A stretch of DNA of 64,000 nucleotides, from the NCBI RefSeq assembly GCF_004010195.1, contig NC_057749.1, forward strand, positions 11,038,841-11,102,840, in the 5' to 3' direction. Numbering within the stretch: position 1 is the first letter of the stretch; every line of letters begins with the position of its first letter. The notes beneath the pieces were generated by a model. It searched no databases. It saw only the letters and a list, made by a program, of their open reading frames with translations, and had not been told where the DNA came from. Made by a program: the position numbers and the translations under genes. Of the stretch, positions 59,435 through 64,000 are shown one piece after another. The stretch is from Chiloscyllium plagiosum (lineage: Eukaryota).

Positions 59435-61830
59435 AGTACACACTGCTGCTACTGCAACTGAGCGTCGTTAATGGAGGGAGTGGAAGTGATAACAATCAAG
59501 CAGATCGCTTTCTCTTGGATAGTGTCAAGTGTCTTAAGCATTCTTGGAGCTGCACCCATTCAGGCAAGTAGGAAGTATTTCAACACATTCCTGCCTTGTA
59601 GACAATGGACATGCTCTGGGGAGTCAGGAGGTGAGTTACTCGCCACAACCTTCCTGTCTTCTGACCTGCTATTGCAGCCACTGTTTATGTGGTGAGTCCA
59701 GAGTCAATGGTAACCCTAAGAATGTTGACAGTATGAGATTCGTTGATGGTGACACTAGTGAATGTCAAGGGCAATGGTTAGATTGTCTCTTATTGGAGAT
59801 GGTCATTGCCTGGCATTTGTCTGGTGTGAATGTTACTTGCCAATTGTCAGCCCAAGCCTGGATATTGTCCTGATCTTGTTGTATTTCAACATGTACTACT
59901 CTAGTACTGAGAAGAACAAGGTAATTGATGAAGCATCTGAAAATGGTTGGGCCAATGACACCACCAATGAACTCCTGCAGAGACTTCCTAGCCCTGGGAT
60001 GACAGACCTCCAACAACCACAATCATCTTCCTAGGTGTCAGGGATGACTCCAACCAGCAGAGAGTTTGCTCCCGGTTATCCATTAATTCCAGTTTTGCTA
60101 GGACACCTTGATGGTAAACTCGGTCAAATGCAGCCTTGACGTCAAGAGCTGGCACTCTCACCTCACCTCCAGAATTCAACTCTTTTGTCCATGTTTGAAC
60201 CAGCCTGTAGTGGGCTCAGGAGATGAGTGACCCTGGTGGAACCAAAATTGGGCACTATTGATGAGACCATCACTTTACTGATGATCAAGTGTAGACTGAT
60301 GTGTATTGGCTAGAATGTGTCCTGCTTTCTGTGTGCGGGACGTATCTGGGCAATCTTCCACATTGTCAGGTAGATGCCAGTGTTCTAACTGTACTGGAAC
60401 AGCTTGGCTAGGGGAGTGGCAAGTTCTGCAGCACAAGTCTTAAGTACTATTGCTGGATGTTGTCAGCACCCATAACCTTTGCAGTACCCAGTTTCTACAA
60501 CCGTTTCTTGACATCACATGGAGTGAATCAAATTGGCTGAAGACTGGTAACTGTAATGCTGGGGATACTGGAGGAGGCTGTAGATAGCTATGAATGCTTC
60601 AGCCTTATCTTTTGCACTGATGTATTGGGCTCTTCCATCATTGAGAATGGAGATTCTTGTGGAACATGCTCCTTCTGCAGTGAATTGTTTAATTGTCCAT
60701 CAAGATTCACAACTGGACGTGGCTGGGCTCCAGAGTTTAGATCTGATCTAATGGTTATGGGATTACTTAGCTCTATCACTTGCTACTTATGTTGTTTGGC
60801 ATGCAAGTAGTCCCTGTTTGGCAGCTTCATTTTTAGATCTGCCTGGTGCTGCTTCTAGCATACCCTCCTGCATTCTCAACTGAACCAGGGTTGATCCCCT
60901 GGCTTGGATGGTAATGGTTGAGTCAGGGATCTGGACTCTAAGGTTGCAGATTGCATTATGGTACAATTCTGCTGCTGTTGATGGCCCACAGCACTTTGTG
61001 TATGCCCAGCTTTGAGTTGCCAGATAAAGTCTGTCCATTTAGCATGATGATAATGTCATAACATGATAGTGGTTATTCTCAATGTGAAGGTGGGACTTCA
61101 TCTCTATAAGGACTGTGCAGCGGTCACTCTAATTGATACTGACATAGACAGATGCCAGCAACTTGGTAATGATGATGAGGTCAAGTATGTTTTTCCCTCT
61201 TGTTGGTTCCCTCACCATCTGATCCAGTTCAGCCATTATGTCCTTGAGGACCTGACCAGCTTGATCAACAGTAGTGCTGTTGCCAAGCCACTCTTGGTGG
61301 ACATTGAAATCCGCCAGCCAGACTGCATTTTACACTCTTGCCACCCTCAGCCCTGCAAGTGGTGTTCAATAATGGTGGAGTATTGTTACATCAGTGGAAG
61401 ACTGTATGTTGTAATCATCAGAAGGTTGCCTTGTCAGTGTTTAACCTGGAGCCATGTGACTCCATGCGATCCAGAATCAATGTTGCGGATTCCCAGGGCA
61501 ACTCTCTCCAGACTGTACACTACTGTACTGCCAACTCTGCTGGGTTTGTCCTACTAATGAGACAGGACATATCCAGGGATGGTGATGGTGGAATCTGGAC
61601 ATTGTCTATAAGGAATGATTCTGTGAGTATGACTATGTCAGGCTATTGTTTGACTGTTCTGTGAGACAGTTCTCCCAATTTTGACACTGGCCCCCAAATC
61701 TCAGTAAGGAGGACCTTGCATGGCTATTTCTGCGGTTGTCTTTTCCAGTGCCTTACTCTGTCCAGTTTCATTTCTTTGTTGAGACAGCAGTGATTGATAT
61801 AACTGAGTGGCTTGCTAGACCATTCCAGAT
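59435..61830 (-). mobile_element. Decayed LINE ORF2 of the second lineage
   Basis: ALDVKAAFDRVYHQGVLAKL and WADNWQVTFTPDKCQ. Confidence 0.8.
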
Positions 61831-61849
61831 GGCATGAAAAGCATGTCAC

Positions 61850-64000
61850 AGAGAAATAGAGACGCACAGCATGGAAACAAATCCTTTGGTGCAACTCACC
61901 CATACTCACCAGATACCCTAAACCAAAGCAGTCCTATTTTCCAGCATTTGGACCACATCCCTCTAAACTCTTCCGATTCATGTTGTACTTGGAACTATGA
62001 TGTTGTGGGCATTAGAAATTGGATATCACAGGAGCAGGAATGGTTGTTGGATGCTCCAGGATTTAGACGGTTCAAAAGGAATGGTGGAGTAGCAAATAGT
62101 TGAGTGGACTGTCAGAGAATACAGCAGAATACAGACAGATTGGAGATTTGGCAGAGAAGTGGCAGGTGGAGTTCAATCCAGGCAAATGCAAAGTGATGCA
62201 TTTTGGAAGATCGAATTCCAGAGCGAACTATACAGCAAATGGAAGAGCCTGGAGAAAACTGATGTCCAGAGAGACCTGGGTGTTCAGGTCCATTGTTCCC
62301 TGAAGGTGGCAATGCAGGTCATTCCCTCAACGTTTCCCCTCTCAATTTGAATTCGTGACTCCTAGTAATCGAGTCCCCCATGCTCGGAAAAAGCTTCTTA
62401 CTATCCACCCTGCCAATACCTTTTATGATTTTGTAGACCTCAATCAGGTCCCCCATCAACCTCTGTCTTTCTAATGGAAATAATCCTAATCTGCTCAATC
62501 TCTCTTCATAGCTAGTGCCCTCCATGCCAGGCAACATCCTAGTGAACCTCTTCTGCACCCTCTCCAAAGCATCCACATCCTTTTGGTAATGTGGCGACCA
62601 GAACTGTACGCAGTTTTGCAAATGTGGCCGAACTAAAGTCTTATACAGCTGTCACATGACCTGCCAATTCTTGTACTCAATACCCTGTCCAATGAAGGAA
62701 AGCATGCTCTTCTAAAGAAGACAGAAGGTAGTCGTAGATGGACAGTATTCAGCCTGGAGCTTGGTGGCCAATGGTAGTCTGCAGGAATCTGTTATGGGTC
62801 TCTGCTCTTTGTGATTTTGATAAATGACTTGGGTGAGGAAGTGGAAAAGTGGGTTAGTGACTTTGCTGATGACACGAACGTTGGTGGAATGGTGAATAGT
62901 GTGGAGGGCTGTTGTAGGTTGCAGTGGGACATTGACATGATGCAGAATTGTGCTGAGAAGTGGCAGATGGAATTCAAGTCAATATCAAGTGATTCATTTT
63001 GGAAGGTCAAATTTGAATGCAGAATACAGAGTTAAAGGCAGGATTCTTTTTCAGAGGGATTTTGGTGTCCAAGTCCATAGATTCCCTCAAAGTTTCCAGC
63101 CAAGTTTAAAGGGTTGTTAAGAAGACACTTGATGTGTTGGCTTTCATTAGCAGGGGGGATTGAGTTTAAGAGCTGTGATGTAATGCTGCAGCTCTATAGA
63201 ACCCTGGTTAGACCACACTTGGAATATTGTGTTCAGTTCTGGTCATCTCATTATAGGGAGGATGTGGAAGCTTTAGAGAGGGTGGAGAGGAGATTTACTG
63301 AGATGCTGCCTGGATGGAGGGCATGTCTTATGAAGAACGATTGAGGGAGATAGGGCTTTTCTCATTGGAGTGAAGAAGGGTGAGAGGTGACGTGATAGAG
63401 GTGTACAAGATGATGAGAGGCATAGATAGAGTGAATGGTCAGAGGCTTTTTCCCAGGGTGGAAATGGCTATCACGGGGGGCATAATTTAAGTGACTGTAG
63501 GAAGATGTAGGGGAGATGTCAGAGGTTGGTTCTTTACACAGAGAGTGTTGGGTGCGTGAAATGCATTGCCAGCAATAGTAGTAGAGTCAGATACATTAGG
63601 GACATTTAAGCAACTCTTGGATGGGCACATAGACGATCATAAATTGAAGGATATGTAGGTTAGTTTGATCTTAGAGTAGGATAAAAGATCAGCACAATAT
63701 CAAGGGCCGAAGGGCCTGTACTATGTTGTATTATTTTATGTTCTACATTCATGTACCCCTCCAGACACCTTTTAAATGTTGTTATTGTACCAGTCTCCAC
63801 AACACCTCTGGAAGCTCGTTCCATACACGCACCATCCTCTGCATGAAAATTATTGCCTTTTGGGTCCCTTGTAAATCCTTCATCTCTGACTTTGTGTTTT
63901 GGACTCCCCCCCCACCTAGGGAAATGACCTTGGCTATCCACCTTACCCATACCACTCATGATTTTATAAACCTCTATAAGGTCATCCCTCAGCCTCCAAC
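61850..64000. mobile_element. Mosaic of CR1 fragments in alternating orientation (62322-62712 minus, 62713-63745 plus, 63745-64000 minus)
   Basis: FADD, LVRPHLEYCVQFWS and ERVQKRFTRMLPG motifs on both strands. Confidence 0.88.

Noticed and set aside
43914..64000. Further LRRC49 exons (upstream ...VLLLGKNR exon here; downstream SFDSVSCL exon in 1-7384)
   Set aside because: Not found by eye and probably outside the window. TBLASTN with an LRRC49 protein would settle it.

Overview
Eukaryotic, repeat-dominated DNA. The HE1-type V-SINEs with (ATCTA)n tails and the CR1 families point to a shark genome, probably a bamboo or carpet shark (inferred from repeat content only). I found three small coding exons of LRRC49 on the minus strand: 43913-43847, 42141-41998 and 7633-7572. 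All have GT-AG boundaries and splice in frame into leucine-rich repeats, so most of the window is probably LRRC49 intron, including one intron of about 34.4 kb. The ORF track misses these exons, and almost all of its ORFs are decayed retroelement pieces. The introns contain nested CR1 LINEs (several with a GDSL/SGNH-esterase ORF1), a second LINE lineage, tRNA-derived SINEs, solo LTRs, a Gypsy-type element with Gmr1-like PR-IN-RT-RH order, TA-flanked MITEs and many Penelope-like elements (PLEs). The main observations are: (1) about a dozen minimal hammerhead-ribozyme motifs from at least three PLE families, some in short TSD-flanked non-coding or fold-back elements, several with intact cores on the LRRC49 sense strand; (2) an inverted pair of CR1 tails placed symmetrically around the 144-nt phase 0-0 exon, an arrangement suited to circRNA formation or exon skipping; (3) a candidate 90-nt poison exon; (4) a 150-bp-arm inverted duplication; (5) a co-oriented cluster of tRNA-like repeats. 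Repeat boundaries were read by eye and are approximate unless a TSD is quoted. There are two assembly gaps (35914-36171, 39514-39887).
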